A stretch of DNA of 64,000 bases, taken from IMG/VR virus record IMGVR_UViG_3300024297_000001; one strand, written 5' to 3'. The stretch comes from a virus (taxonomy: Duplodnaviria > Caudoviricetes). Both the position numbers and the translations under genes were made by a program. Below are positions 44,793 through 54,669 of this stretch, in pieces; position 1 is the first letter of the stretch, and the number at the start of each line of letters is the position of its first letter. The notes under the pieces are model-generated. The model searched no databases and was not told where the DNA came from. It worked only from the letters and a program-made list of their open reading frames with translations.

Positions 44793-46271
44793 ATGGCATA
44801 CATTATTAACAAAACCGACGGTAGCCAGATTGCAGTAGTTGAAGACGGTACAGTCAATCAAACTACTGATCTTAAACTTGTTGGTAAAAATTACGCTGGT
44901 TATGGCGAGATTCAGAACGAAAACTTCGTTCATTTGCTTGAGAATTTCTCAAGTGCGAATGCTCCGTCCAGAGCAATCAGCGGACAACTTTGGTTTGACT
45001 CAGGAACGAGCAAATTAAAGTTCTATGACGGAACAAAATTTAGAACAACTGGTGGAGCAGAAGTAAGTGCAAGTCAACCATCAGGACTAACTGAAGGTGA
45101 CTTTTGGTGGGATAACGCAAACAATCAGTTGTATGCGAACACTGGTGCAGGCTTTGTACTAATTGGTCCACAATCACAAGGCGCTACAGTTACATCATTT
45201 GTAACTGATTCAGTAACAGACATTGCAAATGTACAAAGAACAGTAATCAAAGGTACTATCAATGATGAAGTAGTAGTGGTATTAAGTGCCGCTGACTTTA
45301 CAATCGACGGAACTGTCCCTAACAATGCCATAACAGGGTTCGACGTTATTCATCAGGGTATGACTTTAAAGAATACTACTAATGCACAACAAGGTGTTAC
45401 TTCAACAGGACATAGATTCTGGGGTACAGCAACAAACGCAGATAAATTAGGCGGACGTTCAGCAAGTGAATATGTTGTATCAATTCCAGGACAAGAAAGT
45501 TCATTTAACGAAGTTGTAAGATTTGCAGATGCAGGATTTACAGTTGGTGATTCAAATGACTTATCAGTTAAAATTGAAAACGGTAACCAAGCAGTTATTA
45601 GTAACGATGTTGGTACTGTAATTAGATTTAAAGTTGATAATGCATCAGCACAATCAACAGAGCCAGTACAGTTTAAAGCAGAGGGTATTTTCCCAGGTGC
45701 TAATACAACTTTTGACATTGGTTCAAGTGCATTAAAATTTAGCAACATGTGGGCAACTACATTTAACGGTACGGCAACTTCTGCTAACGCAATGGTTGTT
45801 GGATCTAATAACAGAACAGCAAGTACTTCAGCAACTAACGACACAGTAGCAGTTAGAGATTCAAGCGGTGACTTGTTTGCTAACAACTTCCAAGGTGTTG
45901 CAAGTTCGGCAAAATACGCTGACTTGGCAGAGAAATATACTACAGACGATCAGTATCCAGTAGGAACTATTATGACAATTGGTACAGATGAAGGTAGTGA
46001 AGCAACTTGGTGCCCAATGACAGAGATGCCAATTGGTGTTATTAGTACTAAACCAGCATACTTAATGAATGCAGACGCAGAAGGACAAGCGATTGCACTT
46101 AAAGGTAGAGTACCAGTAAGAGTTATAGGACCTGTTAACAAAGGTGACAAACTATACGTAGGTGCTAACGGTACTGCACAAAAAGCAGACGAAGGCGACT
46201 TGGTTGGTATTGCTTTAGAATCAAATGATAGACACGAAGAAAAATTAGTTGAAGCGTTCTTGAAAGTATAA
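44793..46271 (+). CDS. Tail fibre protein (paralog 3) with C-terminal chaperone-like domain
   Basis: Same N-terminal module; C-terminal AKYADLAEKY...GVISTKPAYLMN...IALKGRVPVRVIGPVNKGD common to phage fibre ends. Confidence 0.75.
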   Translation: MAYIINKTDGSQIAVVEDGTVNQTTDLKLVGKNYAGYGEIQNENFVHLLENFSSANAPSRAISGQLWFDSGTSKLKFYDGTKFRTTGGAEVSASQPSGLTEGDFWWDNANNQLYANTGAGFVLIGPQSQGATVTSFVTDSVTDIANVQRTVIKGTINDEVVVVLSAADFTIDGTVPNNAITGFDVIHQGMTLKNTTNAQQGVTSTGHRFWGTATNADKLGGRSASEYVVSIPGQESSFNEVVRFADAGFTVGDSNDLSVKIENGNQAVISNDVGTVIRFKVDNASAQSTEPVQFKAEGIFPGANTTFDIGSSALKFSNMWATTFNGTATSANAMVVGSNNRTASTSATNDTVAVRDSSGDLFANNFQGVASSAKYADLAEKYTTDDQYPVGTIMTIGTDEGSEATWCPMTEMPIGVISTKPAYLMNADAEGQAIALKGRVPVRVIGPVNKGDKLYVGANGTAQKADEGDLVGIALESNDRHEEKLVEAFLKV

Positions 46272-46284
46272 GAGGAAGTAACAA

Positions 46285-47205
46285 ATGGCAATAATTACAG
46301 CGGCAAGATATAACTCGTTACAAGCAACAGTTGAAAACATAATGGGTAATGGTGCGGGTCAGTTCGGTTATGGACAGACTTTAGCGTCATCACAGGTTGC
46401 GGCGGACACTGTAATTGATTCAGGACACATGTCCACACTTTACACAGATTTAATTAATGCAAGAGTACACCAAGTAGGTAGTGTTCCTAATTCAGTTGCA
46501 ACGGTAAGTGCAGGTGATGTTATTGAGGAAGATGCTACAGACACAGGTACTGCAAGAGGTATTTTACAATACGAAGATTTAGCAAGTACTGTTGAAACTG
46601 ACAAAGCATTAATTTATACTGCTGATACTTCACAAAGTACAATCACTGCAAACAAAACAAACAGTTCATCAACTAATGCATGGGCAGGAGTACGTGACCA
46701 TATTGTTACAGTAACGTTTGCAACAGCAGATGCACGTAGACACTTTTTTAATGCAGGTGGTGAAATTAGATTTACTGCTGACTTAGATCCAGCGGCTTCA
46801 AATGGTAAGAACAACGATTGGAACTCATTGTTAGCAAACATGGGAACAGTTACATTTAAATCAAATAACTGTCCATCATTAGGTTCAAGTCCAGGAACAA
46901 GTTTCAATATTGGTAACTTTGACATGACTGCTACAGACCAACTTGTATTCCAAAAAGATGGTACAGGTGTATATGCAGAAAACGATTACAATATTAAAGC
47001 AAAAGAACTTAATTCAACTACAATACAGTTTACTATTCAATTTAGAGATGATGACGTAGGTGATGACACAAACAACGATGGTGCATTCAACCCACAAGAT
47101 GAATCAGTAACAGGTACATTACAAAGTGTGGTTGGAGAAAGACTACCTACAGGGTCAAGAGTTTCTTTAACTTCCCCAACATTTAATACCACAAATACTC
47201 TTTAA
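46285..47205 (+). CDS. Virion structural/fibre-associated protein
   Basis: 306 aa Thr/Ser/Asn-rich; GYGQ and RHFFNAGGEIRF motifs; GAGG SD; follows the fibre genes. Confidence 0.55.
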   Translation: MAIITAARYNSLQATVENIMGNGAGQFGYGQTLASSQVAADTVIDSGHMSTLYTDLINARVHQVGSVPNSVATVSAGDVIEEDATDTGTARGILQYEDLASTVETDKALIYTADTSQSTITANKTNSSSTNAWAGVRDHIVTVTFATADARRHFFNAGGEIRFTADLDPAASNGKNNDWNSLLANMGTVTFKSNNCPSLGSSPGTSFNIGNFDMTATDQLVFQKDGTGVYAENDYNIKAKELNSTTIQFTIQFRDDDVGDDTNNDGAFNPQDESVTGTLQSVVGERLPTGSRVSLTSPTFNTTNTL

Positions 47206-47220
47206 TACCTTAGTACGTAG

Positions 47221-47226
47221 TAAATA
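47221..47226 (+). promoter_or_regulatory. Late promoter TAAATA, 5 nt before ATG (47232)
   Basis: TAAATA-TTACT-ATG; no SD. Confidence 0.6.
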
Positions 47227-47231
47227 TTACT

Positions 47232-47576
47232 ATGGACGAGAAACTATCAAAAGCCTTAGAATTTGGAAACTATTCTGCAACTCTTAATAACCAAAGAAGA
47301 ATGTTGAAAGAAAAGTTTGCTACAGAGTCAATGTATTTCTTTGCAGGTGGACAATTTACAATTACTAAAGAGTTGATTAACTATGTTTACACATTAAAAT
47401 CAACAGAGCAAGATTCATTTGTATTAATTGATGATACAGATACTCCGATCTTAATTGAAGACATATCAGACTTTTACAATAATATTACAGACAAATACTA
47501 TGTTGCACTAAACAACTATCACAAAGATTACAGCAAACTTGAAAAAAGTAGATCTGTAGACGGATTGGTGGAATGA
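47232..47576 (+). CDS. Hypothetical protein (114 aa)
   Basis: Clean ORF heading the modification island; ATGA-coupled to the next gene. Confidence 0.6.
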   Translation: MDEKLSKALEFGNYSATLNNQRRMLKEKFATESMYFFAGGQFTITKELINYVYTLKSTEQDSFVLIDDTDTPILIEDISDFYNNITDKYYVALNNYHKDYSKLEKSRSVDGLVE

Positions 47577-48394
47577 GCAGTGGAGTACTATTATTTGCAT
47601 TTAATAATGAGCAAGTGGATTATGTATCACAGGCTCAGTACCTTGCAAAAAGAATACGCAAATATTTAGACTTACCAACTACACTTGTAACAGATGATGT
47701 AGAACGTGTTGTAAAATTTTACAACGGAAAAGAAGTGTTTGACGAAATTCTTTCTTCGTCTATAGAACAAAAAAATCACAAAACATATCACGACGGAAGT
47801 TTATCTAAAAAAGTATTAGAGTTTAAGAACTTTAATAGAAGTGATAGTTACGATATAAGTCCTTATGATAGAACTCTTGTGTTAGATACGGACTACATTA
47901 TAAGTAACGACTTACTTGCACAAGCAATGAAGTTACCACATGAACTAATGATGTATAAAGACAGTATGGATATTAGTGGTTGGCGTGATACAAGTGAGTT
48001 TAAATTAATTAGTGAAACATCAATAGACTTTTGGTGGGCAACTTGTATTATATTTGACAAGTCAGAACGTAATAATGCTTTCTTTGATCTTGTAAAACAT
48101 ATAAAGAAAAATTACGAACACTATCGTAATCTATATCAAGTTACAACAACAGTATTTAGAAATGATATTGCATTTAGTATTGCAAATAACATCATGGGTT
48201 ATACAAAAGAACTGCCGGGCAAAATGGTTTATAGCACAGGCAAAGATATATTACAAGAAATTAAAGACGATGAATTAACTTTACTTGTTGAAAAACAAGA
48301 TCGTGTAGGAGAATATACACTAATAAAGTCAAAAGGTATAAATTTGCATGTAATGAATAAGTTTAGTTTAGGAAGGGAGATTACAAATGCCTAA
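47573..48394 (+). CDS. GT-A fold glycosyltransferase-like (GT8-like)
   Basis: SPYDRTLVLDTDYII DxD motif; WWAT.IIFDK; RNDIAFSIA; HVMNK. Confidence 0.65.
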   Translation: MSSGVLLFAFNNEQVDYVSQAQYLAKRIRKYLDLPTTLVTDDVERVVKFYNGKEVFDEILSSSIEQKNHKTYHDGSLSKKVLEFKNFNRSDSYDISPYDRTLVLDTDYIISNDLLAQAMKLPHELMMYKDSMDISGWRDTSEFKLISETSIDFWWATCIIFDKSERNNAFFDLVKHIKKNYEHYRNLYQVTTTVFRNDIAFSIANNIMGYTKELPGKMVYSTGKDILQEIKDDELTLLVEKQDRVGEYTLIKSKGINLHVMNKFSLGREITNA

Positions 48395-49202
48395 TTTTAC
48401 CTTCCTTGCACAAAACAGCGAATACAATTACATACGTCAAGCAGAACTATTAGCATTAAGCATTAGGAAAACTAATCCAGATAGTAAAATTTGTTTAATT
48501 ACCAACGATGATGTAGAACAAAAAGAATTGTTTGATGACATTGTACCTATACCATGGGAAGATAAAGCAGAAGAACACAAGTGGAAAGTACAAAACCGTT
48601 GGAAGATTTACCATGCTTGTCCATATGATGAAACTTTTGTATTAGACACAGACATGATTGTATGTCATGACCTAACACACTGGTGGAACCTAATGCAAAA
48701 TTACGAAGTTTTTTACACAACAAACGTTACAGATTATAAACAAAGTAAACTTAATGTAACATATTATAGAAAAATGTTTGAAGCAAACAACTTACCAGAC
48801 ATTTATGTTGCACTACACTATTTTAAGAAGTCTGACTTTGCAAAAAAGTTTTATGAAGCGTTAGAATACACAATGAAAAATTGGGAAGAGTGTTATACAA
48901 AGTATGCACCAAAGAAAATGCAAAAGATTGCCAGTGTAGATGTGTGTACAAGTATTGCAATTAAGATGTTAGGTGTAGAAAACAAAGTTACAAACAAGAC
49001 TTTAGCATTTCCTACGTTCGTTCATATGAAGCCTTATGCACAAACTTGGAATACACAAACAAAGAAGTGGCAAGATCGTGTAGGTTGTTTTGTTAATGAC
49101 GATGCACAGTTAAGAGTAGGCGGGCATTTACAAGACACAGTGTTTCATTATACTGAAAAAGATTTTACGGATAGATTTTATGACAGATATGCACAAAGAT
49201 GA
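48387..49202 (+). CDS. GT-A fold glycosyltransferase-like (GT8-like), paralog
   Basis: CPYDETFVLDTDMIV DxD motif; YFKKS; FVHMKP; FHY. Confidence 0.65.
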   Translation: MPNFTFLAQNSEYNYIRQAELLALSIRKTNPDSKICLITNDDVEQKELFDDIVPIPWEDKAEEHKWKVQNRWKIYHACPYDETFVLDTDMIVCHDLTHWWNLMQNYEVFYTTNVTDYKQSKLNVTYYRKMFEANNLPDIYVALHYFKKSDFAKKFYEALEYTMKNWEECYTKYAPKKMQKIASVDVCTSIAIKMLGVENKVTNKTLAFPTFVHMKPYAQTWNTQTKKWQDRVGCFVNDDAQLRVGGHLQDTVFHYTEKDFTDRFYDRYAQR

Positions 49203-49743
49203 AGTACAAACATATATAGAGTTTGATCCTAAGACAGGAAACATTCAAACTATTACCTCCTATCCTCAGAACCAACACATAGAAGTTAATCCTGATGATG
49301 TAAAAGGATTATTAGATGGCTCAGAAAACTTCTTACACTACAAAGTACAGTTCAACCCAACTTCAACCATGTATGAACTTGTCAATGTGTATGATGAAGA
49401 ACGTTTCGAATACAATGTACACAACAGCATATACAAAGTACCTACAGATATTGAAGCAGACATTAATATTATAAAAAATTACAAAACAAAAACATGGCAA
49501 CTACAGTTTGGCAAACTATTTTCCAAAACATTAGAAAAGAATAGTGTAACATTACAAACTGTTAAAAATTTTAGCGTAGTTGCTAAGAACGATCCTTATA
49601 AACTACATAGAACATTACGATTTAATTTAGCAGATACAAATTTAGACTTGCAATTTGATCAAGATGATGCTATAATAACACAATACGACTTATATACTAA
49701 CAAGTTGTTCAACAGTTACAGCACAGGAGTCATTAATGATTAA
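49180..49743 (+). CDS. Hypothetical protein (187 aa)
   Basis: Clean overlapping ORF within the operon. Confidence 0.55.
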   Translation: MTDMHKDEVQTYIEFDPKTGNIQTITSYPQNQHIEVNPDDVKGLLDGSENFLHYKVQFNPTSTMYELVNVYDEERFEYNVHNSIYKVPTDIEADINIIKNYKTKTWQLQFGKLFSKTLEKNSVTLQTVKNFSVVAKNDPYKLHRTLRFNLADTNLDLQFDQDDAIITQYDLYTNKLFNSYSTGVIND

Positions 49744-50623
49744 GATTGCAGAACAAGATATTATTTTTTTAAGTTACGATGAGCCTAATGCTGAAGAAAA
49801 CTGGGCAGACTTAAAAAGAAAAGTGCCGTGGGCAAAACGTGTACATGGTGTAGAAGGTAGTGATGCCGCACACAAGGCATGTGCAGACTTATCAGAAACT
49901 AAACACTTCGTTACAGTTGACGGAGACACTATTGTTGATCCTAAATTTATAGAAGTAGTATTAGACTTAGACAAGTTAGGTGTAGATGACGACTATCAGT
50001 TTAGTTGGTGTGGTAAGATTGACGTCAACGGACTAATGTATGGTAACGGTAGTTTAAAAATGTGGACTAAAGAGTTTGTTAAGAATATGAAAACTCATGA
50101 AAACACAGATGGTTCTGATGATACACAAATAGAATTCTGTTACTTTGACAACTATTATCAACTCAACGAAAATTATAGTAAAAGTATTATTACTGCTACT
50201 CCACACCAAGCATGGCGAGCAGGATTTAGAGAAGGTGTTAAGATGTCATTGGATAGAGGAACACCTATTAATGACTTGAAAGAGTTATGGTGGCAGAATT
50301 ATCATAGATTGTTAGTCTGGATGATGGTAGGTGCAGATGTTGAAAACGGTTTATATAGTATTCTTGGTGCAAGACAAGGTTGTTATAAAACAATGTGTAC
50401 CGAATGGGATCATACGCAAACAAGAGATTTTTTATACTTAAATAAACTGTGGGAAGAAAGCGATTTTCACAGTGGTAATGTTGTGGATCGTATTACAGAT
50501 ATAGGAACTTTAATTAGAAATGAATTAGATGTTCCTCTTGCAGTACATCCATATGATAATGAACAAAGTGAATTTTTTAAAACTGTTTACAAAAATAGTG
50601 ATAGGGTGATTAGACGAAAATGA
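49736..50623 (+). CDS. Glycosyltransferase-like (GT-A/GT2-like)
   Basis: DIIFLSYDEPNAEENW...AAHKACA...FVTVDGD (DxD); AWRAGFREGVKM. Confidence 0.55.
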   Translation: MIKIAEQDIIFLSYDEPNAEENWADLKRKVPWAKRVHGVEGSDAAHKACADLSETKHFVTVDGDTIVDPKFIEVVLDLDKLGVDDDYQFSWCGKIDVNGLMYGNGSLKMWTKEFVKNMKTHENTDGSDDTQIEFCYFDNYYQLNENYSKSIITATPHQAWRAGFREGVKMSLDRGTPINDLKELWWQNYHRLLVWMMVGADVENGLYSILGARQGCYKTMCTEWDHTQTRDFLYLNKLWEESDFHSGNVVDRITDIGTLIRNELDVPLAVHPYDNEQSEFFKTVYKNSDRVIRRK

Positions 50624-50865
50624 AAATTAGGTACTATCGAAATATCAAGGGGTGGCGTTGGTTAGGATTTTTTCTTGCCATGGCATCTGCTTATATTTTA
50701 AGTAGTGGTAATCCTGACTACCAAGTTATGGGTTGGAGTGTTGCATGTTTTAGTTGTGGCATTTGGATTTACATGGGTTGGAAAGACGGAGATACACCAC
50801 GTGCATTGATGGAACTGTTTTATTTGGTACTTGCTATACGTGGAATTATTAACTGGATTCAATGA
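50620..50865 (+). CDS. Small 3-TM membrane protein
   Basis: 81 aa with three hydrophobic helices (WLGFFLAMASAYIL; VMGWSVACFSCGIWIY; LMELFYLVLAIRGII). Confidence 0.6.
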   Translation: MKIRYYRNIKGWRWLGFFLAMASAYILSSGNPDYQVMGWSVACFSCGIWIYMGWKDGDTPRALMELFYLVLAIRGIINWIQ

Positions 50866-52229
50866 GCGAAGTAGAAAGAATAAAGCAGATAATGCCAGAG
50901 GTCGACAAGATCTCTCCTACCTTCTGCTTGGCTAAATGGCACCACGTAACAATATATTTGCAAACAGGCGAAACACACAGTTGTTATCACCCAGCACCAC
51001 ATAAGATTCCACTTGAAGGATTAATTGACAATCCAAGTCAACTACACAATACACCGCAAAAGAAACAAGAACGTAAACAAATGCTTGAAGGCGAAAAGCC
51101 AAGCGGTTGTCAATACTGTTGGAATATTGAATGTATGGGTAAAGACTATATTAGTGATAGGCATATTAAAACAGCAAGTATATACACACCTAAACGTATT
51201 GAAGAAATAAAAAGTAATCCATGGGATTATAATATTAATCCAGAATACATTGAAATAAATTTTAGTAATGAATGTAATTTTAAATGCGGTTACTGCCATC
51301 CTAAGTTTAGCAGTAGATACTATAACGAAATTAAAAAAGAAGGTCCATATACAGATGTATCTGCACACCGTAATGACATTGATTGGTTTGAATTATATGA
51401 AGAAGAAACTAATCCTTATGTAGAAGCATGGTGGAAGTGGTGGCCAGAAGTTAGTAAGACACTAAACATCTTACGTGTTACAGGCGGCGAACCTTTAATG
51501 CACAAAAGTACTTGGCGTTTGTTTGACGAACTTGAAGCAAATCCTAAACCACATATTCAAATTGAAGTAAACAGTAACATGGGTGTTAAGGAATCTCTTG
51601 TACACAAACTTGTAGAACGTGTAAAAGAACTTAAAGCAAAGAACTGTATAAGAAGTTTCAAATTATACACAAGCATAGATACTTGGGGACCTAAAGCAGA
51701 ATACACAAGACGTGGATTAGATATTGAACTATGGGAAAAGAATTTAGATTACTATCTAACAGAACTTGGTTATCCTGTAACGTTTATGATTACATTTAAC
51801 TTGTTTGCTGTAACGAGTTTTGATTTATTGCTTAATAAAATACTTGAATGGCGTAAGAAGTACACAAGATCTAATGCAGGTGTACAATGGCAAAACATTA
51901 GATTTGATACTCCTTATCTAAAAGAGCCAATACAGTTTGACATGAACATATTACCTAAGGATCAGTTTGTTCCGTACATGACAAGGCACCTACAGTTCAT
52001 CGGAGACAACGTTGATGACAATGACCGCCATAAGTTTAGTTTGTTGGAGTATGAGCGTTTTAGACGTGTTGTAGACTATATGCGTACAACTACTTACGAT
52101 GATAAGAAGTTAGCAATAGGACACAAAACTTTTTATAATTGGTTTACGCAATATGATAAACGTAGTGGTAGTAGTATTGTTAAAACGTTTCCGGAACTTA
52201 AAGAATTTTATGATTCTTGTAGATCTTAG
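50862..52229 (+). CDS. Radical SAM protein with N-terminal twitch/SPASM-like Cys cluster
   Basis: CNFKCGYC; GGEPLM; N-terminal FCLAKW...SCYH...GCQYCW. Confidence 0.9.
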   Translation: MSEVERIKQIMPEVDKISPTFCLAKWHHVTIYLQTGETHSCYHPAPHKIPLEGLIDNPSQLHNTPQKKQERKQMLEGEKPSGCQYCWNIECMGKDYISDRHIKTASIYTPKRIEEIKSNPWDYNINPEYIEINFSNECNFKCGYCHPKFSSRYYNEIKKEGPYTDVSAHRNDIDWFELYEEETNPYVEAWWKWWPEVSKTLNILRVTGGEPLMHKSTWRLFDELEANPKPHIQIEVNSNMGVKESLVHKLVERVKELKAKNCIRSFKLYTSIDTWGPKAEYTRRGLDIELWEKNLDYYLTELGYPVTFMITFNLFAVTSFDLLLNKILEWRKKYTRSNAGVQWQNIRFDTPYLKEPIQFDMNILPKDQFVPYMTRHLQFIGDNVDDNDRHKFSLLEYERFRRVVDYMRTTTYDDKKLAIGHKTFYNWFTQYDKRSGSSIVKTFPELKEFYDSCRS

Positions 52230-53217
52230 AAGCAAGAATTTGATTGTGTGTTAACACAGCATTCATTTCATTTAACATTTCTTTACAGTCATCAATACTT
52301 AATAACTTAATGCTATCTAACAAGTAACGTATTTTGTTCATACGTTTTGTATGATCTTCTTCAGTATCGTAACTTTCGTCCCAAGTAAATGTTTTAAATC
52401 CTAACTCACGAATGTATTCTAATGTATAAGGTGGTGCAACGCAAACAAAAGGACGTTTATGTATCATTGCGTTAACAGTTTTCTCACTAAAGTTTCCTGT
52501 AGGCTGATAGAAACGTGTTTCGTTTGCTACAACGCAAAAACTTTTTTCATAGTAAGCAGATAAACTTGCTGGACCGTTTAGTTGTCCTATAGGCCATTTT
52601 TTATGTGCAGGGTCTATACTTTGTAATTCTGTATCAATGCTTAATGCTGGATCACTAAATGCCCAACTATAGTAACCTGGTGTATCTTGTAAGTGTTCTA
52701 TTATTAAACGTCTGTGTAAACTATAACGCCAATTAGGACAAATAAAGTGTTTATCAATATTGTTGTTAACATTAACAATACCGCCGTTGAATTGATTGCG
52801 TAAAAATATATCAAAGCATTTAAGTTCAAACGGATAGTAGTCTATATGTTTGTTTACATTGTAATCACAAGTGTATACAGTAATTTCTGCATTTAATTTT
52901 TTACTAAATTCTAAAATACTATCTAATTCATCAGCACGTAATTTTTCTCCGCCTTGAAATTCGCTAAAGAAATCTCTGTTATGCTTTTTACCATCTTCGT
53001 ATAATGTTAATGGTTCGTACAAATATATGTTAAGTTTTTTAAGTTTCTTTAACATTTTAGGAGTAAGAGGAAACTTATCAAAGTCTATATTATTTGTACC
53101 TGTGTATATAATAAAAGGATCTTTAGGAAACCAATGTTCAAATAGTTCAGTAAACATTGAACCTAACTTTGTAGATTTTACAGGAAGGTTACCCCAGAAT
53201 ATATCTTGTTTGAACAT
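52198..53217 (-). CDS. Glycosyltransferase-like (GT-B; GT10/exostosin-like C-terminal motif)
   Basis: FCVVANET...FSEKTVNAMIHKRPFV...LEYIRELGFKTF..DESYD; convergent 32-bp overlap with the radical SAM gene. Confidence 0.45.
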   Translation of the reverse strand: MFKQDIFWGNLPVKSTKLGSMFTELFEHWFPKDPFIIYTGTNNIDFDKFPLTPKMLKKLKKLNIYLYEPLTLYEDGKKHNRDFFSEFQGGEKLRADELDSILEFSKKLNAEITVYTCDYNVNKHIDYYPFELKCFDIFLRNQFNGGIVNVNNNIDKHFICPNWRYSLHRRLIIEHLQDTPGYYSWAFSDPALSIDTELQSIDPAHKKWPIGQLNGPASLSAYYEKSFCVVANETRFYQPTGNFSEKTVNAMIHKRPFVCVAPPYTLEYIRELGFKTFTWDESYDTEEDHTKRMNKIRYLLDSIKLLSIDDCKEMLNEMNAVLTHNQILASKIYKNHKIL

Positions 53218-53711
53218 TACCAGTAAGTGCCGGTGATTTGTAAAGTGTATCTTGGATCAACTCCAATGTTGCTGGCCGCATGTGGAGTATCAGGTTGCCA
53301 TAAAACATATTCACCTGCTTTCCAATTTACAAATGCTTTGCTATCTACTTCAAAGTAGTGTCCTGGTTTCCAGTCTTCTAAGAAAACAATAGCACGTCTT
53401 ACTTCGTTACGTTCTTTGTTAAACACTTTACAATATGTATTATAATGATCAACGTGTGTAGGCATGATATCTAACGTATCCATTTTGTAAAATACAAAAC
53501 CAGGATTATGTAAATTAAGTAATTGTGCTACTTGAATTGCATAGTCAGGCATTGTATTACGACTGTCATACATTTTGCCTGTTGTATTTTCATGCGTATA
53601 GCCTTGCTTACGCCAAGCGTCAGACTCAGCACCTGTAATAGGTTGTCTAACGTAATTGAAGTATTTGTATCCTTCGTCCCATAATACAGGACATTTACCT
53701 TTAGTCCACAT
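53217..53711 (-). CDS. 2OG-Fe(II) oxygenase-like (cupin)
   Basis: MPTHVD (HxD), WKAGE..LW....PHAASN.G..PRYTLQITG. Confidence 0.75.
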   Translation of the reverse strand: MWTKGKCPVLWDEGYKYFNYVRQPITGAESDAWRKQGYTHENTTGKMYDSRNTMPDYAIQVAQLLNLHNPGFVFYKMDTLDIMPTHVDHYNTYCKVFNKERNEVRRAIVFLEDWKPGHYFEVDSKAFVNWKAGEYVLWQPDTPHAASNIGVDPRYTLQITGTYW

Positions 53712-54669
53712 CTCTTTTTGTATCCAATGTTACGCAGTGAAATCCACCGCCAAGTGTACGTTGATGTCGCATTGGTAACATAGCACACTCTATTCCTTGG
53801 TGCTCAAGAAGGTGTCTTAGATCCTCTTGGTGTTCTTCTAATGCAACTAACTTTGTATTTACACTAAACAAGTTCATGTTAATCCACGTACTTGCATTAC
53901 ACCATTTAGGATAGTGGCCAATGTCTACAGGTTCAGGACACCATATAATATCCCAATTTCTAAATGGCTCAGGTAAATCTTCTCTTACTTTTATTCTACT
54001 TGGATTAACAAGTAATAACCCTTCACGTAAAAATGCAACAGTACTGTCAATATGCATGTAACTATAAACATTTTGTAATAGGTTTACTTTAGCAGTAGCA
54101 CCTAAGGCACCTTGTAATAAATTTGCACCTAACTTGTTTGCACTATTACTAACCAAGTATAACAGTTGGTCGTTTGCACGAATTATATTCGCGGCATCAA
54201 AAGCAGGACTGTATTCATTAAGTGCTAAAATATCTTTATTGCCAATACATTCTTTATTGTATAATTGACTTTCGTTGAAGCAACGTATTTCTTTTGGGTT
54301 ATCTAAATGATCTTCAAATGCTCTCCACTCGCCTTTTCTTGCACGTATAGGCATTGGTGTAGCAAGTGTTAGGTTACCATGTATAAACACACTGTCTCGA
54401 GGACAGTAATTATAGTAATGACAATCTGTTTTCTCTGGACGTACAACTTCTACACTTTCTGCTTGTAAAAATTTTACAAATGTTTCTAAGTCTTCATTTG
54501 CTTCTTCAATAACTTTACTTGGGTAAGGACCTTTGATAATTTCTGTTTCGTCTTTTTTATCTGCAAAATTAACACAACGTAAACTAATATCTATATCATA
54601 AGGTATCTTGGCTTTGTCTGCAATGCCAACAATTACTTTTCTAAGTTGTCCCCATTCGTTTGTGTTCAT
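53701..54669 (-). CDS. Amidinotransferase (glycine/inosamine-phosphate amidinotransferase family)
   Basis: NEWGQLRKVIVG, CPRD, FDAAN, MHIDST (His/Asp), LGGGFHCVTLD (catalytic Cys). Confidence 0.9.
   Translation of the reverse strand: MNTNEWGQLRKVIVGIADKAKIPYDIDISLRCVNFADKKDETEIIKGPYPSKVIEEANEDLETFVKFLQAESVEVVRPEKTDCHYYNYCPRDSVFIHGNLTLATPMPIRARKGEWRAFEDHLDNPKEIRCFNESQLYNKECIGNKDILALNEYSPAFDAANIIRANDQLLYLVSNSANKLGANLLQGALGATAKVNLLQNVYSYMHIDSTVAFLREGLLLVNPSRIKVREDLPEPFRNWDIIWCPEPVDIGHYPKWCNASTWINMNLFSVNTKLVALEEHQEDLRHLLEHQGIECAMLPMRHQRTLGGGFHCVTLDTKRDVD

Noticed and set aside
15773-47205. Bacterial eCIS/tailocin/T6SS locus or eukaryotic giant virus
   Set aside because: Portal, scaffold, gp46/47, gp55, T4 late boxes, SD sites and sigma70 promoters indicate a complete T4-like phage.
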